Of a stretch of DNA of 64,000 nucleotides, positions 32,798 to 43,325 are shown in pieces (position 1 is the first letter of the stretch; every line of letters starts with the position of its first letter). The notes under the pieces are model-generated. The model did not search any database, was not told the DNA's origin, and was given only the letters and a program-made list of their open reading frames with translations. Source of the stretch: Planctomycetota bacterium (GTDB lineage Bacteria > Planctomycetota > UBA8108 > SXIK01). The DNA is taken from contig CBDCXR010000004.1 in NCBI GenBank assembly GCA_965223845.1, positions 96,001 to 160,000 of the forward strand. The letters run 5' to 3'. The translations under genes were made by a program, and so were the position numbers.

Positions 32798-33426
32798 ACG
32801 ACGTGAGTTCTGCGAAGCTAACTCGATTCCGGTCGTCGTCGCTCGTGCGGACCATCGTTCGGGCCGTCAGTGCCGTCATCGTTTCGCTTTCTCTTCTCCA
32901 TTCCTCGAGCGCCGTCCGTGCCGAGGACGACGATCCGAAGGATCGCGCCGAGCTTCTTGAGAAAACGCTGCGGCGTCACGTCAAGGAGCCGCGGGCGCTC
33001 TCCGTACTTCACGGCGTCTCGTGGCGTCACGCGTCCGAGCGGACGCGACGAATCGTTCGCCGGTTGCTCACGAGAAAGATCGATGTCGAGTTCGATCATA
33101 CTTCCGCGGATGAAGCGCTCCGGACATTGCGCGAAGTGTGTGGCGTACCGATTCTCGTGAGCGCGAAAGCGAAGAAACAACTCGCGGAGGAGACGCCCGT
33201 CGTCCGCATGAAGCTCGAGAAGCTTCGCGCTCACAACGTGCTCAACCTCGTCGCGACGCACCTAGGGGACGTTCACTTCCGCGTTCGGTACGGGGCGGTG
33301 ATTCTCGCCGCCACGAGCGAGTATCGTCCCCGTCGCGTCTCGCGCGTGCTCGACGTTCGGGATTTGGTCCGCCGGCGCCCCGATTTCAAGGCGCCGCGTC
33401 TCGGGTTAGGGGGGACCGAGGAGTAG
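32794..33426 (+). CDS. Exported protein resembling a stand-alone secretin N-terminal (STN-like) domain
   Basis: Signal-like segment; [45 protein letters not shown]; GTGA overlap with the MIOX stop. Confidence 0.6.
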   Translation: MNDVSSAKLTRFRSSSLVRTIVRAVSAVIVSLSLLHSSSAVRAEDDDPKDRAELLEKTLRRHVKEPRALSVLHGVSWRHASERTRRIVRRLLTRKIDVEFDHTSADEALRTLREVCGVPILVSAKAKKQLAEETPVVRMKLEKLRAHNVLNLVATHLGDVHFRVRYGAVILAATSEYRPRRVSRVLDVRDLVRRRPDFKAPRLGLGGTEE

Positions 33427-33581
33427 CCCCCCGACGAGTCCCGGTTCTTTGGCGCGCCGCCGCCGGGGCCGAGAATCGCCGCCCGCAACTTGATCGAGCG
33501 CGTTCTTCGGGTCACGATGGTGTCGAGTCATCGCGACGGACACGGGGAAGGCTCCGGGTCCGAGTTCGGAGAGGATGGTGC

Positions 33582-36500
33582 ATGAACCCCAGTGCGAAAG
33601 GCCGTCGCGGCGCGTTCGTCGGTTTCGCGATCGTGGTCGTTGTTTGCGTAGCACCCGTTCTCTCTGCGCAGGTGGTCATCAACGAGCTGCTTGCTGAGAA
33701 CTTCGACAACCTCGCCGACGAAGACGGTGACTTCACCGATTGGCTCGAGCTCTATTTGGACGGCGACGTGCCGGTGTCGCTCGACGGGTACTCGCTCACC
33801 GACGATCCCGATCTCACCTCGAACTGGGCGCTCCCCGCGGTAGAGCTTCAACCGGGCGAGCGACTCCTCGTGTTCATGTCGGGGAAGGATCGATTCGTTC
33901 CACCGCCCGGTTCGTTCGGAGGGAACGCCGTCAGCGGGTTCCAGCCGAACTACATAAAGGAAGGCGACACCTGGCGGTACCTCGTGGGCGTTCCGGGTGA
34001 GCCCGGACCGCCGGACGGGTGGTACGAGCGCGACTTCGACGACGGCGGGTGGGACTCTGGCGAAAGTGGATTCGGGTACGACGACGGCGACGACGAGACG
34101 ATCGTTCCGGACGACACACCCGTCGTCTTCACGCGCCGGCGGTTCGTCGTCGAGGATCCGCGCACGATCACGAATCTCATTCTCCGCGTCGACTTCGACG
34201 ACGGCTTCATCGCGTATCTGAACGGAATTCGCGTCGGCGAGCATGGCGCGCCCGCCGGCGATCCGACGTTCGATTCTCGCGCGACTGGGAAGCACGAGGC
34301 CGGGACGCCGGAGTTCATCGACCTCGGCGCTCACCTCGGCTCGCTCGTCGCGGGGGAGAACGTCCTCGCCGTCGCGGGTCTCAACGACACACCGTCGAGC
34401 GATATGTCGCTCATTGTCGAGCTCGGTCAGGTGCCGACGTACGTGCACGCGAGCTTCGAGCTCAACAAGGACGGCGAGACGGTCGCACTGATCTCTCCCG
34501 GCGGTGAGGTCGTCGACTCGGTCGATTTTCCGGTGCAGACGCGCGACCACTCGTACGGTCGAGTCGGCGATGGTGGGGCGGAGTGGGGCTACTTCGTGAC
34601 ACCGACGCCGGACGCACCAAACGGGACGATCTTCGAGATCGACCCGATTCCGGACGAAGTCTTGATCACGCCCGGTACCGGCGTCTACGCCGGCGACGTC
34701 GACGTCGTTCTCGCGGCGAACCTGCCCGGTGAGCTCGATATTCGTTACACGACGAATGGTGAAGCGCCGACGGCGTCGAGTCGGCTCTACACGAGCGCGA
34801 TTTCGATCGATGACGAGCAGCTCATCAGCGCCGCCGGGTTCCGCGGGTCGACGCGGGTGACTCCCGTCGCCTACGCGAACTACTTTTTCGGCCACGATTT
34901 CGAGCTGCCGATCATGGCCATCACCATGGACCCGGACGACTACAACACCGTCCACACATCGGGCGGCGCGCGCGGGCGGTCATCCGAACGACGCGCTCAC
35001 ATGGAGTACCTCATCGACGACGAGGTCGCGTTCGGTACTGATTTCGGAATGCGACTCCACGGCGGTGCATCCCGCGGTGGCGACATCAACACGAAGAAGT
35101 CCTACAAGGCCTATTTTCGCGGGATCTACGGCGACAAGAAACTCGACTACCCGATCATCCCCGCGACGGCGATCGACAAGTTCGACAAGCTCGTCTTGCG
35201 CGCCGGATTCAATGACGGCTTTCGGGGAAACGGACGCGCGGCGTACGTGCGCGATCAGGTCATTCGCGACATCCACGAGGATATGGGGATGATCGTCTCG
35301 CATGGCTCGTGGTGCAATTTGTTCGTCAATATGCGCTTCCGCGGGCTCTTCAACATCGTCGAACGAATGGACGAGGAGTTCCTCGAGCCGTATACCGGCG
35401 ACTCCGAATGGGACGTGATCAAGACGGGGAACGATGTGCTCGTCGGGACGATCGACGAGTGGCGCCGCGTCCGCAACTTCGTCGTCGACGGCGACATGAG
35501 CGACTCCGCGCTGTTCGTCCAGGCCCTCCGGATGATCGACATCGAGAACTTTACTTCGTACATGCTTCTCAATATCTGGGCTCAGAACCACGACTGGCCG
35601 CACAACAATTGGTACGCAGCGCGGCCGCGGCGGCCGGACGGAAAGTGGATCTTTCTCAGCTGGGACGCAGAGTTCGGCATCGGTCTCATCCCATCTGGTT
35701 ACAGCGAGGACACCTTCGAATTCGTGTTCACGCGAAGCGGCTACCTCCGCGACATCTTGAACGGACTCCTGGCAAACGCCGACTACCGTCGCTACTTCGT
35801 CAATGAAGCCGATCGACACCGCTACGAAGCGCTCTCCCCGGAGCGAGTCCTCGGTCACATCGACCATCACGCCGACGCGATTCGGGACGACATCAACGAG
35901 GAGGCCGAACTCTTTTCTCGGTCCACTTCGTCGTGGGAGTCGAACATTCGCGGCTGCGAGGAGTTCGCGCGGAGACGGGGACCGATTTTCTTCAATGACA
36001 TCCAGAACAGCGGCCGTTTCAATTTCCCGGGCGTAACGGTTCCTCGAGTCACGTCGGTCAGTCCCGAGTCGGTTCTCGTGACCGGCACGGAGACGGTCAC
36101 TCTCATCGGGACTCGCCTCGAAGCGGCGACGCGCGTCTTCTTCAACGGTACGCTCGCGAGCGAGCAGTCGTTCGGTCTCGGACGCCTTACGGTGACCGTA
36201 CCGTTCGATCTTTCGCTCGACGGGCCGGTGACGGTGACGGTGCAGCATCCGGCGACGCAGGAATCTTCGGACGCGCCCATGCTCCTCGATGTCTCCTTCC
36301 CGCGCCCCGTGGCGACCCAAGTCGTGCCTGCCGCCGGGTCGAGCGGCGGCGGCGAGGTCGTGCAGATCTCGGGGCAACTCTTCTGGCCGGGAATCGAAGT
36401 GCACTTCGGCGACGTTCCCGCCGAGAGGGTCGAAATCCTTTCCGTCGACCCGTACCTCCTCGAGGTCGTGACGCCGCCCGGTCAGGGCACGGTCGACGTG

Positions 36501-36854
36501 ACTCTACGAAACAAGCTTCCCGGCGGGGCCGTTCCGGCGGAACACTCACTCACCTATCGCTACGTCGACGGAGGCTTCATGCGCGGCGATGCGAACGGCG
36601 ACGCGGACGTCGATATCTCCGACCCGATCGGGATTCTGAATGGACTCTTCACCGCGGATGGAGAGATCCTTTGCGACGACGCGGCCGACGCGAACGACTC
36701 GGGATTGGTCGACGTCTCCGACGCGATCTACCTCTTCGGTTTCCTCTTCGGGGGAATCGAGGAATTGCCGGCTCCGCAGGGCTTCTGCGCGAACGACCCG
36801 ACCGCGGATGGGCTCGGCTGTGGTTTCGCCGGGAGCTGCGCGGCTGCGAACTAG
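33582..36854 (+). CDS. Secreted CotH kinase family protein with lamin-tail, chitobiase/Fn3-like, IPT/TIG and dockerin-like domains
   Basis: VVINELLAEN..DWLELY (LTD), IRYTTNGEAPT, RLHGGASR..KKSY, GLFNIVER, DWPHNNW, WDAE; C-terminal FMRGDANGD..DPTADGLGC. Confidence 0.88.
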   Translation: MNPSAKGRRGAFVGFAIVVVVCVAPVLSAQVVINELLAENFDNLADEDGDFTDWLELYLDGDVPVSLDGYSLTDDPDLTSNWALPAVELQPGERLLVFMSGKDRFVPPPGSFGGNAVSGFQPNYIKEGDTWRYLVGVPGEPGPPDGWYERDFDDGGWDSGESGFGYDDGDDETIVPDDTPVVFTRRRFVVEDPRTITNLILRVDFDDGFIAYLNGIRVGEHGAPAGDPTFDSRATGKHEAGTPEFIDLGAHLGSLVAGENVLAVAGLNDTPSSDMSLIVELGQVPTYVHASFELNKDGETVALISPGGEVVDSVDFPVQTRDHSYGRVGDGGAEWGYFVTPTPDAPNGTIFEIDPIPDEVLITPGTGVYAGDVDVVLAANLPGELDIRYTTNGEAPTASSRLYTSAISIDDEQLISAAGFRGSTRVTPVAYANYFFGHDFELPIMAITMDPDDYNTVHTSGGARGRSSERRAHMEYLIDDEVAFGTDFGMRLHGGASRGGDINTKKSYKAYFRGIYGDKKLDYPIIPATAIDKFDKLVLRAGFNDGFRGNGRAAYVRDQVIRDIHEDMGMIVSHGSWCNLFVNMRFRGLFNIVERMDEEFLEPYTGDSEWDVIKTGNDVLVGTIDEWRRVRNFVVDGDMSDSALFVQALRMIDIENFTSYMLLNIWAQNHDWPHNNWYAARPRRPDGKWIFLSWDAEFGIGLIPSGYSEDTFEFVFTRSGYLRDILNGLLANADYRRYFVNEADRHRYEALSPERVLGHIDHHADAIRDDINEEAELFSRSTSSWESNIRGCEEFARRRGPIFFNDIQNSGRFNFPGVTVPRVTSVSPESVLVTGTETVTLIGTRLEAATRVFFNGTLASEQSFGLGRLTVTVPFDLSLDGPVTVTVQHPATQESSDAPMLLDVSFPRPVATQVVPAAGSSGGGEVVQISGQLFWPGIEVHFGDVPAERVEILSVDPYLLEVVTPPGQGTVDVTLRNKLPGGAVPAEHSLTYRYVDGGFMRGDANGDADVDISDPIGILNGLFTADGEILCDDAADANDSGLVDVSDAIYLFGFLFGGIEELPAPQGFCANDPTADGLGCGFAGSCAAAN

Positions 36855-36920
36855 AGCCGGACGAGCGTAGCGCGCTTGCCCGAAAGTTGCTCCGAGTTCG
36901 TCCCGATTGACACTCCGCTC

Positions 36921-38543
36921 TTACCGGACCTTCAGCGAGCGGCGAAGGTCGGCATACGACATCGGTTTCCCCTCCGCGGCTTGAAACGAAGTTTCTACGC
37001 GACCGTTGTCGTCGGCGGACGGGCCGGAATTCAGCCACGACTTCCATCTCGAGCGCGCCCGCTCGACGGTCGCCGCCCACTCTTCCTCGGAGACCGACTC
37101 GGGGAAACCTTGACGGAACTTGGCAACGTGCGCCAGTCCTCGCTGGTCGCCCAGGATTCCGTACGCTACGTACGAATCGTCGAACTCCTTTGTTTCGTTC
37201 AGCGAGAGGTACGGCACGCCCCCAGCCGCGAACGGACGCACGGCAGATCGGTCTTCGTATTCCGTTGGAACGATCGAGACGTTGATCTGTTCGTGCGGGT
37301 GCGTTCCGAGCTTCAGCTTGGTCGGCTCGAGTGGATACCAGCCGAACCTTGGGACGTACGCTTCGACCAGATAGTGCGTCTGATGTGGACCGAACCAAGT
37401 CGCGTATCCGGCGACGATTCTCGCGGGTATCCCGTTGGCACGGAGGAGGGCTGTCGCGAGGTTTGCGGCGCTCGTGCAGGATCCCGGTAGGTCGAGCGCG
37501 CCTACGGCATCGAGCTCCGCGGGGAAACCAGCACCAGGGCGATAGGAGTTGTAGATTGCTCCAAGCCGGTCCACCGTCTTCTGAAGGATTTCGCGGACGT
37601 CGGAGCTCTCTCCTCGGACGTCGCTCGCGACCTTCCGAATCCGCTCGTGAGTGGACTGACAGCAACGACTGCTCCGAAGCCAAGGACGCACGTCTTCCGG
37701 CCAAGTATCTGGTAGCAGTGCCTCCTTCGGCAGGGCGTCGAATCCTCGTGGCTCGACGAGCACGATCGAAGACCAAATCACTCGCACCGACTCACCAGCC
37801 TCCAGGGTCCGGAGTTTCACTTCCGCGACGTAGTTGCCCGGCTTGTCTTCAAAGACGCGGCAGAGTGAGAGGGCGTCACCGGGGACAGTCGAGAGAGAGA
37901 ACGTGAGCGGGTTCTGTCCCTGATAGGAGAGCGGCATCGGCACGAGTAGTGTCGGGTTCTTCGCGACGCCGCGTGCCTCGACTTCGGTTTCTCCTTTCAC
38001 GTCGTAAAGGGCGTGACGGGAGAACCGATCCGAAACCTGCGCCGAGACGTCGTCGAACCAGACCTCTCCTTTGCCGTGAAGAAGCAGGTTAACCCGGAGA
38101 TAATCCGCCTCCGCCGGAACCTCCGTCGTGAACTCGACTTTCGTCCAGTCGAAGTCTCCGTTGAGGGGTTGGCGAGCCTGCGAGGTCTCGAATCCGACGG
38201 GCTTCGGTCCTTCCCAAACGTCCACGAAGAAGCCTGCGTGCGTCGCGACGCCTTTGCCCTTGACCCACGCGGTGAATCTCAGTCGCTTTCCTTGGGGAGG
38301 ATTCCTGATTCCGCAGCCCCATACCCAGTTTGCTCTCTCGCCTCCGCGAGTCGAGCGGATGCGTAGACCTCCACCCCCAGAGCGGCCGCCTTTCGGCAGC
38401 CATTCGGAGATCACTTGATCCTCTCCCGCAGCGTAGTTCGTCCAGCCATCGAATCCGCTGTCAAAACCGCCGTTCGGAATGAACTCCTGGGGAGTTGCTT
38501 GGCCGAGAAAGAACAGGATGACGCTGGCCGGTAGACTAGCCAT
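36921..38543 (-). CDS. Transglutaminase-like protein with N-terminal CBM4/9-like domain
   Basis: IPNGGFD..FDWTKV..GEVWFDDV (CBM); GSCTSAANLATALLRANGIPARIVAGY..HYLVEAY..GWYPLEPT. Confidence 0.85.
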   Translation of the reverse strand: MASLPASVILFFLGQATPQEFIPNGGFDSGFDGWTNYAAGEDQVISEWLPKGGRSGGGGLRIRSTRGGERANWVWGCGIRNPPQGKRLRFTAWVKGKGVATHAGFFVDVWEGPKPVGFETSQARQPLNGDFDWTKVEFTTEVPAEADYLRVNLLLHGKGEVWFDDVSAQVSDRFSRHALYDVKGETEVEARGVAKNPTLLVPMPLSYQGQNPLTFSLSTVPGDALSLCRVFEDKPGNYVAEVKLRTLEAGESVRVIWSSIVLVEPRGFDALPKEALLPDTWPEDVRPWLRSSRCCQSTHERIRKVASDVRGESSDVREILQKTVDRLGAIYNSYRPGAGFPAELDAVGALDLPGSCTSAANLATALLRANGIPARIVAGYATWFGPHQTHYLVEAYVPRFGWYPLEPTKLKLGTHPHEQINVSIVPTEYEDRSAVRPFAAGGVPYLSLNETKEFDDSYVAYGILGDQRGLAHVAKFRQGFPESVSEEEWAATVERARSRWKSWLNSGPSADDNGRVETSFQAAEGKPMSYADLRRSLKVR

Positions 38544-38853
38544 CGAACTCCTTTCTACGCTTTGACGTCCCACCGTCGCTTGCGTTACTCCAAGACGATC
38601 TTCCGCTGGAGAGGGCGGCGCGTTCGTCTCGTCGTGAGGGGCTGACCTCCGGAATCGATGTACAGCAAGCACCGTTCCCCGACCGAAGGTTCGAGCTAGG
38701 ACGCGGTGGGCGACACCACACGGCGTAATCGTGTTTCAGGCGATGACACGGCTGTTTGATTTACCGACACCCGCGAGTGGAATCGGAGGACCACCGACGA
38801 GAACGCTTCTGTCACGCGGAGACCGGTGGTGGAGACTCGCTCGAGGATCCGGA

Positions 38854-39876
38854 TCACTCCGGGCGGCGGAGCGGCACTGAGCGAGCGAGTTTCCAAATCG
38901 CTTCGGCGTTCTCGACGCCGCCGGTCGTCGTCGGATGCCGGAGGCAGCTCGCGGCGGCGGCGTTGGCGAAACGGAGTGTGTCCGCGAGCTCCCAACTCTC
39001 GTGCAGGCCCGTCAACACTCCGGCGAGAAACGCGTCTCCCGCGCCCGCCGTCCCCCGGACGAATCCGGCGGGAAGATCGTGTGTCGGCTGCCGGGTGACG
39101 TCACGTTCTGCGGTGACCGCGACCGCGAGCTCCGGCGCGTGAACGACGGCGAGACGATGGACGCCGCGAGCGATCAATTCCTGCGCGGCCTCGACCATCG
39201 CGTCTCCGTCGAGGGCATCGCCCTGTCGCACCGTGATTCCGGTCGTTCGCTCGGCTTCGATCTCGTTGATGATGCAGTAGTCCGCGTGCCGGAGTGCGGG
39301 GGGAACGATGCGCCGGAAGCGATCGGAGTCTTCGCTCACGACATCGATCGACGTTCGGATTCCGGCCGCGCGCACGGCGGCGAGGAGACGAGCGGCCCGG
39401 GTGCCGTAGTCGGGATCGGCCGCATCGAGCGCGTCGAGAAGAAGGAGATACCCGAGGTGAAAGATGCGGCTCGGGAGTTGGTCCACCGGGACGTGCTCAG
39501 GGGCGAAGAGGGCGTTCGCCCCCCGGTGATGGAAGAACGTCCGCCGTCCGGTGTCGGTCACCGTCATGACGTCGGTGTACGCGGTCGGAGTTCCGGCAAC
39601 GCGCCGGAGGAGCGTCGCGTCGATTCCCCAGCGCGCGCAGTCGTTCAGGATGAACTCGCCGCCCGAGTCTTCACCGACGAGTCCGACGCCGTGGAGGTCG
39701 AGTCCGACATCGAAGCGCGCGAGGTCGACGAGCACGTTGTACGGCGACCCTCCCGTCCCCGTTTCCTCCGCGATGATGTTCGCGAGCGTATCCTGCGCCG
39801 GCCAAAACGAGATCGTCTTTACGTGATCGATGATCCAGTTGCCGCCGGCGGCGATCCCGCTCCGTTCCGAAGTCAA
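38854..39876 (-). CDS. PfkB family carbohydrate kinase
   Basis: GGSPYNV, GRRTFFHHRGAN, INEIEA, GTAGAGDAF. Confidence 0.9.
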   Translation of the reverse strand: MTSERSGIAAGGNWIIDHVKTISFWPAQDTLANIIAEETGTGGSPYNVLVDLARFDVGLDLHGVGLVGEDSGGEFILNDCARWGIDATLLRRVAGTPTAYTDVMTVTDTGRRTFFHHRGANALFAPEHVPVDQLPSRIFHLGYLLLLDALDAADPDYGTRAARLLAAVRAAGIRTSIDVVSEDSDRFRRIVPPALRHADYCIINEIEAERTTGITVRQGDALDGDAMVEAAQELIARGVHRLAVVHAPELAVAVTAERDVTRQPTHDLPAGFVRGTAGAGDAFLAGVLTGLHESWELADTLRFANAAAASCLRHPTTTGGVENAEAIWKLARSVPLRRPE

Positions 39877-39936
39877 CCGAGTGTCCTCCCGTTCCGTGCC
39901 TCGTCGATCCCGCGTTCGCTGCCCCGGCGCGCGGCG

Positions 39937-41397
39937 TCACGGGTTGGCGACGCCCGCCGTCGTCGGCTCCCGACGGCGCTTCTCGTCTCGTTTTCGCTCG
40001 CGCTTGCGTCCACTCGACGCGTGAGCACGGGCGCGCTGAACTCGATCGCTTGCCGTATCGCTCGTGAGGAGAATCTGAAGATCGGCGACGTTGGTGCCCG
40101 TTCCGCCGGTGATGAAAAGATCACCACTCGCGGCGAAAAACCGGTACGAATCGTTCTCCGCGAGTGCGGCCTCGGGGTCGACTCCCGCCGCGCGACCGCG
40201 GGCGAGCGTTTTGCCGTCGACGATCGCGCCAGCGGCGTCGGTCGGGCCGTCGCGTCCGTCCGTGCCCGCGCTGAGGAACGCCCAAGCGGAACGCGATGCG
40301 CTTCCGCCTGCGCTTCCACCCAGGGCTACCGCGAGCGCGAGTTCCTGATTGCGCCCGCCGCGTCCGCATCCGCGCAGCGTCACGGTCGTCTCCCCTCCCC
40401 CGAGCAGCGCGCGCGATCCCGATCGCTCGTCCTCGAGGGCAGCGACGAATCGACCGGCGGCGTCCCGAGCCTCGCCCACCACGGCGTCGGGGAGCGTCGA
40501 GGTCGTGTAGCCGAGGCTCTCCGCCGCAACGCGTGCGGCTCGGAGACTTCTCCGATTGCTCCCGATGATCTGCGTTCGAACGCGCTGGAGGCGGTCGTCT
40601 CCCAGGGCGAGAGTCTCCTCGATCTCCCCTCGATCTCCGCGGCGCAAGTGTTCGACGACGCTCCGAGGAGCCGTGTCGAGGACGCCGCGACGGGCGAGGA
40701 CGTCGAGCGCATCGGCGAACGTCGTCGAGTCGGGCGTGACGGGGCCGCTCGCGATCGTGCTCTCGTCGTCATCGTACACGTCGGAAACGATGAGCGCTTC
40801 GACCGCGGCGGGCGCCGCGGCTCGCGCGAATCCTCCTCCTTTGAGGCGCGAGAGGTGCTTTCGAACGGTGTTGAGCTCGTGGATCTCCGAGCCCGCGGCG
40901 AGGAGGAGCTCGGTGATTCGCTGTTTGTCGGCCAGCGAAACCCCGGGCGGCGGGGCGGGAAGCAGCGCCGAGCCGCCGCCCGATAGGAGGAGGAGAACGG
41001 CGCTCTCCTCGTCGAGGCCGAGGAGGACCGATTCGATGCGGTCGGCGGCGCGAACGCCGACTTCGTCGGGGATCGGGTGTCCGGCGACGAAGACCTCTGC
41101 GTCGAGATCGAGGAGCTCGGCGCTCGACGCGTTCTCTGAGTTCACGACGGCGATCGGCGGCTGCGCGAACAGCTCGGACGGCAGCGTCGCCATCGCGGCT
41201 TTGACCATCGCGAGCGCCGCTTTGCCGATCGCGATCACACTGAGCGATCCGTCGCGCGACCACGGCGGTCCACCGCCGTTGTGACGTGCGGCGAGCGCAC
41301 TCAGGGCGCGCCTTGTCGCGGCGCCCGGATCGGCGGCGCGGAGGGCGGCAGCGAAGATCGCGCGTGCGTGCTCTCGCAGCGGCTCTCGATCCGTCAT
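39937..41397 (-). CDS. Glycerate 2-kinase, MOFRL family (GckA/TtuD-like)
   Basis: IGKAA, AGHPIPD, LSGGGSAL, VRKHLSRLKGG, IASGP, GGETTV, GRGGRNQE, GTDGRDGPT, TGTNVAD. Confidence 0.92.
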   Translation of the reverse strand: MTDREPLREHARAIFAAALRAADPGAATRRALSALAARHNGGGPPWSRDGSLSVIAIGKAALAMVKAAMATLPSELFAQPPIAVVNSENASSAELLDLDAEVFVAGHPIPDEVGVRAADRIESVLLGLDEESAVLLLLSGGGSALLPAPPPGVSLADKQRITELLLAAGSEIHELNTVRKHLSRLKGGGFARAAAPAAVEALIVSDVYDDDESTIASGPVTPDSTTFADALDVLARRGVLDTAPRSVVEHLRRGDRGEIEETLALGDDRLQRVRTQIIGSNRRSLRAARVAAESLGYTTSTLPDAVVGEARDAAGRFVAALEDERSGSRALLGGGETTVTLRGCGRGGRNQELALAVALGGSAGGSASRSAWAFLSAGTDGRDGPTDAAGAIVDGKTLARGRAAGVDPEAALAENDSYRFFAASGDLFITGGTGTNVADLQILLTSDTASDRVQRARAHASSGRKRERKRDEKRRREPTTAGVANP

Positions 41398-41416
41398 GGT
41401 CGTCTCTCCAGCCCGA

Positions 41417-42226
41417 CTAACGACCCGCTGCGCGGACGAACTCGCGCGCTCGCGCTGCGTCAACGGGTGCGGAAACGCAGGCGTCCACTTTGATCGCCGT
41501 TCCGACGAGAACGCCGTTCGCGACACCGAGCATCTCCGCGACGTTCTCGGCCGTCGCTCCACTCCCCACGAAGAGCGGGCGATCGGGGACGGCGTCCGCG
41601 ACGCGGCGGAGATCGTCGAGTGACGTCTCGCTGCCGGTCGCCCGTCCACTGACGATCAGACCGTCCGCGAGACCGCGGTAGGCCGTGTCTTTTGCCGCTT
41701 CCGAGATGTCGTAACGCGAAGCGACGGGAGCTCCGTGCTTGACGTCGACGTCGGCAAACACCGCGACGGTGGGGGCGATCGCTTCTCGTTCGCGCATGGT
41801 CTCGGCGGCGCGCCCTTCGATGATTCCCTGGTCCGTGGCGACGGCACCGGTGTGGACGTTGACCCGGATGAAGTTCGCCCTCGCGGCAGCGGCGACGGCG
41901 AGCGCTCCGCGCGCGTCGTTCCGGAGGACATTCACTCCCGCGATCGCGTTCGCGGGTTCGAGCGCGACGGCGACTCGCGTCATCACAGTGAGGACGATCG
42001 GCGGGACCGCGCGCGGAAAGAATGGAACGTCGCCGAAATTCTCGATGACGTAGCCGTCGAACCCCGCGGCGAGCGCCGTTTCCGCATCGCGCTGTGCCCC
42101 GGCGACGATTCGATCGATCCACACCGACGGAGCTCCCTCCGCGTTCGGACTCCCGGGAATCGCCGGAAGGTGAACGACCGCGAGGAGGAGCTTGTGATCC
42201 GAAGTCGATATGGTGAATCGAGACAT
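41417..42226 (-). CDS. BtpA/SgcQ family TIM-barrel protein
   Basis: VHLPAIPGSP, ENFGDVPF, GVNVLRND, FIRVN, ADVDVKH, ADGLIVSGRATG, VGSG. Confidence 0.9.
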   Translation of the reverse strand: MSRFTISTSDHKLLLAVVHLPAIPGSPNAEGAPSVWIDRIVAGAQRDAETALAAGFDGYVIENFGDVPFFPRAVPPIVLTVMTRVAVALEPANAIAGVNVLRNDARGALAVAAAARANFIRVNVHTGAVATDQGIIEGRAAETMREREAIAPTVAVFADVDVKHGAPVASRYDISEAAKDTAYRGLADGLIVSGRATGSETSLDDLRRVADAVPDRPLFVGSGATAENVAEMLGVANGVLVGTAIKVDACVSAPVDAARAREFVRAAGR

Positions 42227-42420
42227 CGCGCCCACTCTACCAGAGACCGCTCCGTCGAGTCTCACCCCTTCCTCGCTCTAGCGTCTGCCGGGAGCGAGAG
42301 GCTGTGCAGACAATGCCGCGCGTGGTATAGCTACCGGGCGTCGCGGATCGCCGACGGTTTCGCGGCGCGCATGCGGACCGACCTTCTACCCGTTCCACTC
42401 GACGACGCGTTCTACTCTCC

Positions 42421-43131
42421 ATGCTCATCTGGGCGATCGCCGACCTCCACCTCGGGTTCTCCACCGGCAAGTGGATGGATGTCTTCGGCGACCACTGGCG
42501 CGACCATCACGAAAAAGTGAAGGACTCGTGGAGTGAGTCCATCGCTGACGACGACCTCGTGCTCCTCCCGGGCGATTTTTCCTGGGCGATGAAGCTCGAG
42601 CAGGTCGCCGTCGACTTCGAGTGGCTCGCCGCGCTTCCCGGGCGGAAAGTCTTGATCAAGGGAAACCACGACTATTGGTGGCCGAGCTCGCACGCGAAGC
42701 TCGAGCGCGCGCTTCCACCGGGAATTTTCGCGATCAAGAAACGCGCAGTCGTCGTCGACGGCGTTCCCATCGTCGGAGTCCGCGGTGGAGACTTTCTTCC
42801 CCGTGAAGGTGAGTCGCCGGAAGGCGTCGAGAAGAAACTCTTTCGCGAGCGCGGCGAGCTCCTCCAATCGATCGATCACCTTCGTGGCTTGAGCGGCGGG
42901 AGTGGCGCCCCGATCGCGCTCTTTCACTATCCGCCGTATCCGATGGGGCGATCGGAGAGCGCCTTCACTCGAATCCTCGAGGACACGGGCGTTGAGCAGT
43001 GCCTCTTTGGGCACCTCCACAACGCGTCGGAGTGGAAGCGAGTGTTCCAAGGCACGCACCGGGGAATCGAGTACCGGCTCGTGAGTTGTGACAGCCTCGG
43101 CTTTCGGCCGGTGTGCGTCGGGACGCGATAG
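42421..43131 (+). CDS. Calcineurin-like metallophosphoesterase
   Basis: ADLH, PGDFSWA, KGNHDYWW, HYPP, FGHLH. Confidence 0.9.
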   Translation: MLIWAIADLHLGFSTGKWMDVFGDHWRDHHEKVKDSWSESIADDDLVLLPGDFSWAMKLEQVAVDFEWLAALPGRKVLIKGNHDYWWPSSHAKLERALPPGIFAIKKRAVVVDGVPIVGVRGGDFLPREGESPEGVEKKLFRERGELLQSIDHLRGLSGGSGAPIALFHYPPYPMGRSESAFTRILEDTGVEQCLFGHLHNASEWKRVFQGTHRGIEYRLVSCDSLGFRPVCVGTR

Positions 43132-43325
43132 GGGCTCCAAGCCGGCCGAGACCAGAATTCACATCGGATCGACCAGGTCTGATCTGGGACGAGCAAGTGC
43201 GGATCTTGTTCGGTGGCCCCCGCTTTTCTCGCCGCGCGCGCTCTGGCGCGCCGCGCCGGCCCGAGTAGAGTGGAGTGAGTTTCGATCGGATTTCGTTCAT
43301 CCCGACTCCTTCCTCGGTGCCTCCA

